Part shown: positions 36,343 through 49,100 of the stretch, in pieces | Layout: the number at the start of each line of letters is the position of its first letter | Numbering within the stretch: position 1 is the first letter of the stretch | Source of the DNA: Pocillopora damicornis | Lineage: Eukaryota | Direction of reading: 5' to 3' | NCBI RefSeq assembly: GCF_003704095.1 | Contig: NW_020843402.1 | Location: 1,054,001-1,118,000 of the forward strand | DNA length: 64,000 nt | The notes under the pieces: generated by a model | What the model saw: the letters and a program-made list of their open reading frames with translations, nothing else | Told to the model about the DNA's origin: nothing | Database searches by the model: none | Program-made: the position numbers and the translations under genes

Positions 36343-37181
36343 TGCCGGCGTGGGAGTGGGTGGGGAGAATCTTAGCAACTGATTAACTTGATTATGTTAC
36401 CATTTACCACACGCGAATAAACGACGTAAGTGAAAGAATGGCTCTATTCTGTAAATTAAATTTTCCTCTTGCAGTTCTGATGCTCATTCCGTACACACTG
36501 CACTCTTTCGTTCCCTCAGTGCCTTTAAACCATCAAATGGGCCCGTGAGAGAATTTAATAAAGAAAGATGGAATTCTCGTCCTTGGAAGCTCAGAAGCAG
36601 CCATTGGGAAAGAAAAAGTTCTGATTTGAAGACTTTCCCTTTGTTTCCTCTTGTTTTGAATTGTTCTCACACTCACGATCGGCCCCCTGATGTACGACTA
36701 TGCGGAATCGTCATACATCTAGCCCACAGACACAACAGAGGAAATGTCTTATTTATTATATTTTATTACACTTGTTTTATTTTACATGTAACATGTCAAA
36801 TGTAAATTTACATACCATGCGCTTTGGCTGGCCTTCTCGTACAGTTACCTTTGATTTACTATGTTGTTCTTTGTTGGTTATGAACAGCCAGCGAAATTGT
36901 CCTTCTGTGTGTCCGATTAAAATGACGTCCCTCTCAGGGAATCCAGTTGAAATAGAAACAGCCCATGTTAAATGACATCAACACTAGAGAGCACGATTAT
37001 TGATAACTGGCAAACTATAAACAACACAGGAATCCCTCATTCAGAGATTTTTTTACCATGCAACTGCACGTGACGTTTGAAGCCAGGCTGACGTCATAGC
37101 GTCGATAGCAGGAAAAACAAACCCGATTCACAGGTCAACGAAAAACACGAACGAAGTTCTTTGAACTAACTGAATTGAACC

Positions 37182-40100
37182 TCAAAGATCTTCCGTTAAT
37201 TCTTCCTTTATTGCTTCATTGCTCTCATCTCCTCCGGGAGAAAAGCTTATCTGTTCTTCCTCTTCAATATCTTCCTCGTCCTCGTCATCTCCATCACCGA
37301 ACGGGAAATCATCCTCTTCGCTTTCGCTCTCACTGTGTTGAAGATCTAGTAGGATGCTTTCAAACTGCGACATTTCCTGCGAATCTTGCTCGCTTCCGAG
37401 CAGTTGTTGCGATCCGAAGCTCTCCTTCTTTGTGTAGCTTTGTGAGGTGCTTTCATCGTCGTCGTATCCCTCAATATCGACGTCTTCTTCCTCATCGAAA
37501 TCAGCGTCAATTCGAGTTGCTAATGATAAAAAGAAGACTACAGATGGGTGATCAGTGGTTCCTGACCTCAGCTTTCTGCTCAGTAATTTATTTTTTGTTG
37601 ATTTTGAAAGTGTTAGCGTTTTATTTAGCTTAGATTTCTTAACCAAGTAGGAGCAAATATTCGATAATTTTTAAGGATTTTCCATCGAATATAACCTTCC
37701 AAATTGTGATGGGAAGGGAAGTGTGTACTTTTGAACAAAGAAAACACTTACAATTGGAAGGTGACGGAGGAAACTTAAATTTTGAAGAAAATAATGATAT
37801 CGCTATCTCCCTTATTTTAAACTCCCTGCTTTATCCAACCCCATGTCCCCTTTTTAATCAATGCACCCTCTTTAGAGCTCTCCCTGGAATGAAAACGGAA
37901 ATCAGCATCTCTCCATACCACTGAATAAAGGGGGTAAGTTTCTTAAGAAACTGTGGTGCTGCGTCAGTGGGAGAGTATAACAGGGTAATTCAATATTATC
38001 AACTAAGTTGATAACGTAAATTGGCCTCCGTAAAGAGTTTCAAAGGTGACGTTTCGAGCGTTAGCCCTTCGTCAGAGCGAATTGACGGTGGCTAATTTAC
38101 GTTATCAACTCAGTAGATCATGCTAAGTTACCCTCTCCATACCACTGTTGTGCCCAGACAAATAAACAGAAATTTAACTAACATTGGTCTAGTGATGAAA
38201 CAGGAGTACTAAGTTGTGCTCTGAAGTCGTTAAACTCCTCGCCAGTAGTGTCCAGTTCCTCTGATTCCATCATGTCCATCATGCTATCCTCTTCCTTTAC
38301 TAAGCTTTCTGGGAAATCCTCCATGCTGTTCTCCGCTGACCACTCGGGTCCCGCTACCGAAGGCGGTTGGCTAGCGGCATATGATGAGGTGTCGTCGCCT
38401 GGAGTGAGTAAGATGTCATTCTCCCACTTGGACAATTGATCGTCATTCTGTGAAATAGCAAGGAACAGGAGTGAAAATGAAGAAAGGTGTCAAATTCATT
38501 TTTAAAAGATAAGGAAGAGAAAAAATAAAGATAGCACAGTGTAATCGACCGGGTGAGGGTAATCTCGGAGAGTAATGGAACTGATATTTGGACCATTGGG
38601 CAAAGTCCTCGACAACGTCACGTGAAGAGTTGTCTGCCAATGGAGGACTTCAAGACCTAACTCAAGACAGATTTTACGTAACACGTCGAGTCTACAGAAA
38701 CTTAAGACAAATTAAACGAAAATTAACCACACATTTGTTTGCAAATAATTTTTCTGGCTAAATCAAAAAATTCACGTAAGAAGGGCTCAGATTTTTTTGC
38801 GCCAAGCCTTGGAATATCTCTAGGGTAAAATAAATGGAAAAAGAACTAATAATTTCTCGGCATAATATAACTGACTTGCTTACCTCTTTAAGGGCTTCAT
38901 CACAAAACTGGACCAGTCTTTCGGCCATCTTTGAAAAGTCATGATGCTCTCCTGTCATAAAATTGCCAAATTTCAGTTGAAGTTACGCGTAGAGATGATC
39001 TCAATTACTTTTTATCACTTCCTATCTAGGACTATTCTCTCCCGAACTCTACACCGAAACAAGTTCTCGTGAGTGGCTATACGACCTACCGTTATAAACG
39101 ACACTGTTCCTGTGCATCATTCGCATGTGTTCCATAAACTCTTCTCTATTTTGATAGGCGTGTATCTGCACTTGCTGTGAATCAAGAGAGCTGGTTAGTC
39201 GTGCGAAGTTTTGCGAATCCTCATCAGCACTATGCCGCTGACTCAGTGTTAGAGCTAATCGCACCCAAGGTGACAATGTAAGTGGTGAGAGATAAAGGTT
39301 GTTGTTGTTGTTGTTGTTTGTGGCTTAACTGGTTAACCCTTTACATCCTAACATCAGTATGCATATTCTCCTTACTGTTCACTATACATTTACTAAGGTG
39401 CTGACTAGGAGAATTTGTTTAACAATCAAGAGCTTCTTTTGTTATAAATTAGATCCTTTAGTTATAAATTAGATCCTTTAGTTATAAATTAGATCCTTTA
39501 GTTATAAATTAGATCCTTTAGTTATAAATTAGATCCTTTAGTTATAAATTAGATCCTTTAGTTATAAATTAGATCCTTTAGTTATAAATTAGATCCTTTA
39601 GTTATAAATTAGATCCTTTAGTTATAAATTAGATCCTTTAGTTATAAATTAGATCCTTTAGTTATAAATTAGACTCTCATGACCTCAATGTTTGATTGAG
39701 GGGTCGATGGATTAACAAAGGCAACTAACTGATCTGCAGTATAGGCTAAGGAACAAACGGAAGGCGAGGAATATTATCAATAACGACGGAAAATTATGTG
39801 TTACCTGTTTAATTGTGAGAAGATCGATCGGTGTTTTTACCACTTCGTAGTAATCTGGCACCTGCTTAGCGCTGACAGGCTTTTGAAAAGGCAAACTCTG
39901 AGAAAAAAATATACGAAAGAGGTAAAGTCTTCCATTAGGCCTGGAGACTCAAAGCTAGTTTTAATTAATGGAAAATCTCATCGAGTCAGACCTTATGAAG
40001 ATCTAACTCTCCTATATTTATAAAATATAACTTACATCTGGTAATGTTTTCAACTGCACAAGGAGATTTTCCAGAATGAACGAAAAGGCAATCTGAGAAG

Positions 40101-43100
40101 TTGAATAAATACAAAGTTACGATGGACATCAGAAAGAAGTAAAACCAGATATTTCCAAGCGTACTTAATTACATCTTCTTTTGAATTGTTACCTGCGGAT
40201 CGTCACTAAGCATGGGATTTATTTCTTTCTCCAACTGAAGAATTTCCTCCTCTTTCTGAGAAAAAAAGTAATTAACACAAATATGTTGTTATCAATCCGC
40301 ATGCAACACAGAAATGCAGGAGTTCATAAACTTAATTAATTAATCACATCTTAAAATAATTCAATTTTCAGCAAAGCACCAAATCACCGCAACCCTGCAC
40401 AGATGTCGTGGGTGTTACACTTACATCCACCAAAGACTTTCTACAAACTTCCAACATCCTCTCAGCTGCAGCAGTAAAATCGTGAGTAGGTCCTGATAGG
40501 ACAAGAAAAAAATTATCAAAATTCTGGAGCAAGAAAACGTACGAGTAGAGAATTACAGTCGAACCTGTAAACGATTATAACTCTCTTTTTAAATAATGAC
40601 ATTATTTTTCTACTCACCATTATATAACACACTGTTTGCTTTGATTAAGGACACGTGCTCGAGGAAATCCTCCCTTGACAGATATTTACTCTTTCGGAGA
40701 TTCTGACAATAAAAAATAAATAAGATATGACCAAAGGAAAAAGCTATAGAAAGAGGCCGGCAGTTTCAATCAAATCAAAGTTCTTGAAAAGATTTTTCAA
40801 AATCACGCACCTCTCGCATGGTTTGTAGATCCATGGGATTTTTAACAACTTTGTGATAATCAGGAACAGTTTTTGCTGAAACAGGCTGATGAAAAGGCCA
40901 CGTCTATGAGGTAAAAGAAGGCAAGTTATATGACCTTATAGAAGCATTCAAATTGACTTTTAAATAACGAAAAGTGTTCCGGCATGCTCTCAGTTTAGCG
41001 AAGACACATTGAGTGACAAAAGTAGTTGGCACGCGTCCCCTTCCCTAACTGGGTGTGGACGACAAACCAACATAATAAAAAGAAATAATGTACTTCATCT
41101 CTAATAAGTTACTTGGAAGTTCCTCTTTTCCCCAAAACAATGCTGCCTGAGATTGGAGAACAATTTGTTAACACCTGGCAACGTCAAAATGGCGAAGAGG
41201 CAGAGGCAAATAAAGGTTAAAGAAAAAATTTAAAAAGGAGTATAGAGTGTCAAGACTTCAGCCACTCTTTGTGAGTTTCTTTTGCTTAGAAGTAGTTCTT
41301 GCCTGCCTGTACTTTGATCAGGTTTGTCTTTCTTTACAACAACGATTGTTAGTGTAAATGCTTTGGTTGAACTCACCGAAGGATAAATGAAACTAAGACT
41401 ATTGATAATAACAACAATGATAATAATAATATTATAATTATTATTAAGAATAAGAATAAATAAGAACTGCAATAATAATCCAAATCCTGCAGACACAGTC
41501 TTGCCAAAAAAGGTCTTCCTGACATAATATACATGAAAAAAATCATCATCGTTGTTTCTCTTGATAAATCTTGATTGTAAAAAAGGGGAAACGATAAAAT
41601 GCTGAAAAACAAGTGACTTATTTACAAACAAATCAAAAGTATTAAAATAATAATAATAATAAAGTTAATAAATAACCAGAAAAAATATACTCACATCCTC
41701 CATTTCCTTCATTTTATTGATAATTAACTCAAAGAGAGCTTGCAGAGCCACCTAACATTGACGAGCACAAGAGTAAGGCAGAAGTTACAAAGGGAAGACA
41801 AGTAACAAATTGCCTCGTTAATCCAAATTTCAAGACCAATCATTGACCGAAGATTAGCATGACCAGCGCATCGCGGAATAAGTTCGATTCTCAATCGAAC
41901 CTGAAATTGCTGAAGGAATAAATAAGTAATTACCTCAGGATTGGCCCTTCGACGGTTAATTGATTTGCGTGGTTTCTAAAACAAAACAAAAAACAAACAA
42001 AATATTCAATTTTAGCAGGCGAAGATAAGAACAATTCTTCCGATGGTTAATTGAAATACTTCACTAAACAATCGTACCTTAAGATAATCACAATGCATGA
42101 CTCCTGAACGTCTTTTTTTGCGCACTAAAAATGATTAAAACAAATCAAAACAAATATATATATATATGTGTGTGTGTGTGTGTATGTATATATAGAAATA
42201 AAGAAACTGGAATTTGATAATACTCATTGCATAATTATCGCATACGATAGATCGATTAACATTCTCTCACCAGATTCTTTCGGGAAGCGTAAAACAAGTG
42301 CTTTCCTTTTCAATTCGTTCGTTCTGGAGGAAAACAGCACATGACAATGAACAAATTTTGTCAAAAGTGAGGTTCGATCGGTCTTACTCCTGAATTACTT
42401 CGAGTGACTGGCTGAGCACCCGTCGGCGAAAACTATCAGACGCAGAACCTGAACCCAGTCGACATGCTTCAAGTACTGATGCGAGTTTCATCTGCTCAGT
42501 ACTCTTTCAAATGAAACTTAAAAGAAAAGGACTCAATTCTTTGAATGTCTCACTAAACTTAAAGTCCTTTAAAATAACTTTATAACTATGGTAAAAAGAT
42601 CTTTTGCACAGCATGCAAGGCCGTGTATCTACCAGCAGACGATCGTGCTTAAAATTGTTTGATACACTTACTGATCAAGAAAAGCTTTTCCCAAAGTAAT
42701 TTTCGTTCCTTCAACTTTCACCAAATCATCCTGTGGCATGTTGAGTTCCTCTTCAGCCACCTGTTCATCAGTCATGGCCACCACTACAGAAGCTGGATTC
42801 GCTTCTTGGTAGTTCGGACAATTCTTGTTCGTGCGCATGTGTCCTATTGCTCCACAAGCGCCACATTTCAACTGATGAAAATAGAAAGGAAAATAACTTT
42901 TGAAAAAATGAGTTGCAATTTAAGGTTCTTGTTAATCCCTTCTCGATTTTCATGTTCAATGGTCGTCACTGTTTTGAGAGTTTTGTTTCCTCAAAAATTT
43001 TCGTCTGTTATCAATGTTAGAGTCATATTTGTGAGTGCTTTCTGATTACGAATGTGATCTCTGTTTTCAAACCTTCTGTCCTTTAGTTTTCTGTCACGGT

Positions 43101-46100
43101 GTTTTATTGAAAGCTATCTCAGATAGAGTACAAGTGTCAAGTGTTTCGATAACTTTTCCCATAAGCAGCTGTTAAAGATGTAATAGGCGGCATTGCTCAA
43201 AAAGGGGTCGTAAGGCAAAACCCAAACAAGACAGACACAAGGTAAACAGATGGCGGTAAGAGGTTTCGTACTTCGAGCAGCGGTAGATCGCTGGTATCCG
43301 GCTTTCAGGGAAACATTATGAGTGCGGCGTCAACTTCCAAAGTTAGAAACATCATTGTGACCAACAAGCGGGAATGTAAGCACGTAGCTTTTTAGTTATT
43401 AGAAAATGAAGCAGCAAATAAAGCGGTGACAAATTAAAGGAGAAGATTTTGGGATTCAAGAATCTTGGTCCTTCCGCCCAGCGAGGTTGCTCCACTGTTA
43501 TCCCTGAAACTTTACAACAATATAAGTGTATAAGTGTACTTACGTTATTTGGAGGTTTTTCTTTCTTCTTTTTGACCGGCTGTAGTTTTTCTTTTTCTTG
43601 GTTTCGCTTTATCCTTCGCAACTGTTCTTGAATTCTGGAATTTCATATAAAACTTGTGTTATCTTTATTCCTTTGATTACTAAAAAACCAAAGGCAATGA
43701 GAGATATTTCAATTGTTGGAAGAGTCATCCAACTTATCCCACGAAACGTAAAGTGACCTTCTCTTTTCCCGTCGGATTTCCTCCTTATGTACCTCATCAA
43801 CACTCGCAAACTGAGCTCTGCAAGAGGTCAACAAAAACGACGAAGGTTGAGTGAAGAAGTAAAATGTTTCTACAACATCATAACCTTGTTTGAACAAATT
43901 AAAACCACAGAAACAATCAACAACTGAAGTACTTGACACTCTTGTCCTTGTTCAGCTTCAAGTACGCATCAATAACGGCCTGGTTTTTGACGACTTCAAT
44001 GCGAACAAATTCCTTTCCGTCCGGCGTTTTAAACGTGCGTCTGATACGAAGGCGACGACCAACCTGGAAGAAATGATAAAAAGAAAAATTGATAAAAACA
44101 ACAAACGTCTCAGTAAAAAAAAAAGGAGAAGGAAGAAAGAACTTTTATATCAGATAGAATTTAACTAAATTTATACAAATGTTAACATAATACAAATAAC
44201 AATTTTCAGTAGAGCGCTGAAGATGATCCGGGATTGCTTTGGTATTTCTTACGTTGCTCTGTGATTGGTCCAGAAAACTCGCTCCACTGTCTCAACCAAT
44301 CAGATGCAAAACTAACACCAATCACGACTTGGTTGCCAGCGTTTTCCCGCGCTTTCGGCGGTTTGCTTGTTTTTCTTTGAGTTCTCATTGGCTCTTCAGG
44401 ATATCCTCCTTTCTTATTTATAAATTCCAGTACTGACAGTCATTGCATTCTACTCACCATCGATGATTCGTAACTCGTAACTGAAGCTGTTTCATCCTCG
44501 TCTCCTTTGCTATCTTTCTTGGCGCCTTCCTTTCCGCCCTTTTCGCCTGCGAGTTTATTTTCAAACAACAAATTAGCCAAGCTCTCTTTTTGGAGTCGCG
44601 AGGGAACTTTATTTCGCGTAAATAAATTCAATTCAGTTTTCCTGCAAATAAGTGACATTCCCTTTAAGAAATATAATTAATCTCGCAGGAGGGAACTGTA
44701 TATGGGAGATTGGCGAGGAAGCTAATCTCTTCACTCCGACACAGGTTGTTTTGAGTTTCAGGAAACTACTGTCAACTCATAAACCCCTGAGAGCGACTGG
44801 CACGTTATTTCTCCGTACAATATCACCCCTGAATGTTAAAAGAATAAAGGAAATTATCAACAACTAAAGAAGCTCAAGATTGCTGGAAAAATTCTCTTTG
44901 TCAGCACATTTGGAAATGTATAGAGACCAGTATGGAGAATATGCATACCGCTATTTGGGTGTAGAGGGTAAAGAGATTAAGATACGATCGATGGAAACAA
45001 AAGTACATTCAAATGTAGGCAAATAAAATGGAAGCCTTACCTGCAGACTTGCCGTTCTGTTTGCATGGAAAAAAGAGGAGAGAATGTTAGAAATTAATGT
45101 CATGCTTTTAATAAGCATCGAAGGAATCAAAGGAAAGGGATAACTGCAATGCATTGATAATGCTTTGCTTTCAAATTATACGTTGTAACAGCATCTCGAT
45201 GTTCTATTGTAAAACAGATCCACTAAGTTGCTAACAGGGCGAATCGTATTAACAATACGATCCATAAAATGAAGAGAAAATGAATATAATAATAGAGATG
45301 TTGACGAATGTTTCTTACAGATTCTTTGCTGGGTTTATCATCGCTCAGTAGCTTCTGAAGTTCTCTTCTCTCGGCCTCTTCCTCTTCATGAGTGAGCTGA
45401 GGCAAAAAAAAAAACAATCACGTGAAAATTTTTCACAGACTCATGAAAATTTCACAAGTTCCTTCAATCATAGGAGAACGATTGACTTCAGATCACAATA
45501 CGTTCTGTTTAGGCAATGAAGGTCTTTGTTAGATGAAAATTATCTTCCAACATGACAATTAGTCTCCATTTTAAAGGTACATTCCTGCATATGGAACAAA
45601 CTAAATTAAAGGACCAACTGTAGAAATAGTTTTAAACACACCTGCATACTGGTTTTCTTGTTGGCCAACATACTTTCCAGATTTTTCCCAAGCTCATCGA
45701 TATCGCTTCCCTCATCACTGCTACTCTCCTCGTCTGTAGAAAGGACCTCAGTTGATGATAAAACTCTACACGTAAAAAAGGGATTAAAAACATACTTATT
45801 TTATCCAGACCAGTTCTTACTAGGCTTGTGCTTTATTCTACAAGAGTTTATCCTTGTTTCTGTAACATGAGACCACTACAATTATCGTTACTCCCCTCGG
45901 ATGTAATTTAAGTCCATCGCAGGCAAACCGCTGACAGCTCACCACGCTCAGAAATAACTTTCAGGGTTTACAGGAATTTAGTAGCCAAAGGTCTTGTTGC
46001 TAACCTGTTTTGTAGATCAAATATCCGCTGACATTCTTCTTTATAGCGTTCCTGATGTTCAGCAATTGTGAATCTTGATCCTCTGGCGAACTTGCTCATA

Positions 46101-49100
46101 CCTGTACACAAAAGATATAAAAATCACCCAAACGTACATGACCTTTATGTTACTTACCATTTCATATAGCGTGACCTCACTGATTGACAGTAACGTGTCA
46201 CTAGCGTGACCTACCTCCTTCTCCAGACTTAGCCGCCTCTGTAGACATTGTGCGCACGACATGAATAACTTCCCATCTTGACAATTTTCGAATCTACACA
46301 AAGAAACAAAGAAACTATCTGCTAAATAAGACATTGGGAAAGTGCGTCTTGAGCAGCTTACCACAGAGGTCAGCGAGGCAACGGTGTGGTTTAGTTACGT
46401 GTTACAACCTTTATGGTCGTCTGTTACCGGAGCATATCCGGCTTCGTGTAGCGTAAAGTAACTGAAAATACTTCTACACCTCCTAGAAGGAATGCCAGTC
46501 CATCACAGGAAACCCAGTCCCAATCTATCAAGAGAGTACTGTCTTGCCCGGGAATACCATACAATGACCCAGCCAGGTCTCGCACCAGGACTTTTCGATC
46601 CAGAGTTTAGCGAGTTAACCACTAAAATACCATAAAAGGAGAAAGCATCACCGGGACACAAGCTGGTAATATAACGGTACAACACTGAGTCAGTTACCTC
46701 TTCATCTGATACTCCAAAGTTTCTGAGTACTTGTCGTGCTTGTTTCAAAGACAATCTCCTTAGATCAGCATCAGTCCCCGTCACTGTCTTTTGTTTTCGT
46801 ATCTGAGGAGAGTTGGTGCTGGAATCATCCTGATCAAACCAGAAAGAAAGACAACAGTGTGTTTAGCACTTTTGCTAAATCTTCGAAAACCATCGTGACG
46901 TTGGCAAGTTTAACGAGTCGTTTACAAAACAGAGCTCGAATACCAAGTAAATTAGCAATTCAGGTTGGCACACAAGTGTCACGTTACATTTCAAAAACCT
47001 TGAGAAGTGTTTCTAGAGAGAAATAATCAAAAATAGAACCACGAATTTTTTCCTCTACCACTCTCTTCCTTCCCGCCATGCAACAGAGCAAAAAACAGTT
47101 TAATGGTCATTACACTACCTTATTTGCCATAGGCTTGTTAGGCACTCTAACGTATGAAAATCCCTCCCCACACCCAGTGGGGTCCGCAGATCCTGTCACA
47201 GCCAGCTGACACTTTCCTCTCATGGCTGAGATAAATGCTCTTGTGGTATTCCATGGGGCTGTGCGAACCTAGGAAAAAAGGCGAGTCGCACGTTTAGACT
47301 GACTCATAAATAAGATATTCCACACTTGAAATGAATTTTCCATCTCATTAAAACCTACCTCGTCATCAATATTTTTGCTCTCTGGATCATCGTTATCGTC
47401 GTCGCAGGAGAACAGAGATTTCTCGCCATAACCAGCATCCTTTGAAAAGTTAAAAAAAAACATGAATGGGAAACTAATTCAGTAATGCTCAAGAAGTAAA
47501 TTATCAGGATTTCTCCTAACATAGACAAACAAAAATAAATGACAAAAATAATCTGTAATGCACAATTTGTACGAGTAAGACCTATTTCAGCTGCACAGGG
47601 AGCAAGAAAATTGACTAGAGCCTTCTTTCTCTTCAGTCGCACATGGCTGTCTGATGAACAAAGGATTAAGACTCACCTTGAGTCTCTGTTCTGCAGCCAA
47701 CATGCTGTAATATGCACAACACTGCTCGGGTGACACTAGGGCACGCATCTCCTCCTCCGTTGGCAAACGGAAATCATTCTTCAGTACCCACCAATTACAG
47801 TCAGTACCTAAGGTTACATCAGGATGGATCAATCAGCTTCCACACCAAGCATGCGCTAGCTGTTCAATCCGCTAAATTTTTTCCTTCGTTCATTAAAGCT
47901 TTCATAACCATAACGCTATGCTATACTGTGTAATGTAATAATCTTCTTCAATACTTAACGCTATGCTGCTTTATCTAACACTGTTTTTCTTCACTTCATT
48001 TATTAAAAAATAAAATAAACAGTTGTATAAACTGCAACACAGTGTATCACGCCATGTTGTGCTTTATTACTATATGCTCAATATAACTAACATAGGCTAA
48101 ACTACTCTACTCATGACTGCCCTATACTCACTGTCAAAGGTAAAATTTCTGAACTCCATTTCCTGTGAATCTAAAATAATTGATCTCGTTAAGGCAATTT
48201 GCTCACCTTGCTAATTGCTGTTGTTTAATTTGGTTTCACAAACCAATTCAACATCTACACTGCACTGAACTATAGTGCAGTTGTAACGCATCACTAACTC
48301 GCGCCAGTTACATTGACACCTACGTAAGACTGAGTCAAACACGTCCGACTTATTAATTTACGCATCGCTCACTCACGCAAATAATATTCACTCTCCCTTA
48401 AGACTAGGTCACATTCATTCACCCACGTACTCACTGGATGTATAAAGAAGTATCTTTGCTACAAACGCGAACGGAAAAAAAGGTTCCTCTGGTTTTGCTC
48501 GGTTTTTTCTTCTCACACCAACACAGACTTAGCAAAAATACAGGAAAATTTCTTTTTATCAAAATGAATGTAAATATCTTCCCGTGAATGCCCAAACGGC
48601 TCAATGGTAGTCAGCAAATGTTTGACCCTTGCATTTGCCGTTAGTCTCCGACAAGATTCTTAATCGCCAAAGCTTGCGAAATTGCACGTGCTCAATTACC
48701 ACACTGGTGGATAATTTCAACTACATAAATCGACCAACCTGTTCTCTTAAAGTCGGCACAAAGTTTGAGTCGTTTTCTGATGCTGCTCTCGGAGTGCATT
48801 GGAAATGCTCGCTTGATGTCGTCCATCTTGATTCTCCTTGGTGTGTCTGGACTTTTCCAAAACAATCGATAGATGAAAATCTATGGAAAGATAAAAAAAA
48901 AAAACACCATGCTATTTCCCACAATTCACAAATAACCTTCACAACAAGTCAGTCCGCCATCATGATGTCGTCTCCTAGGAGGTCAGGCCTACGGGTTAGG
49001 TTCTCCCAGTCCAACAGCATTACCCAACGAGAGGTATTGCTACTCCAGTTCACCGCAGGGGGCCGAAAGGATCATACGATAAGGCACTTTAATGTATCTT

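Noticed and set aside
38674-38691. Possible alternative terminal TAF1 exon (TRRVT*) after bromodomain 2
   Set aside because: Only an AG acceptor supports it. The exon at 38447 already continues the frame, and no nearby polyA signal was seen.
39441-39673. Array superficially like CRISPR
   Set aside because: Identical units with no spacers, in a eukaryotic intron.
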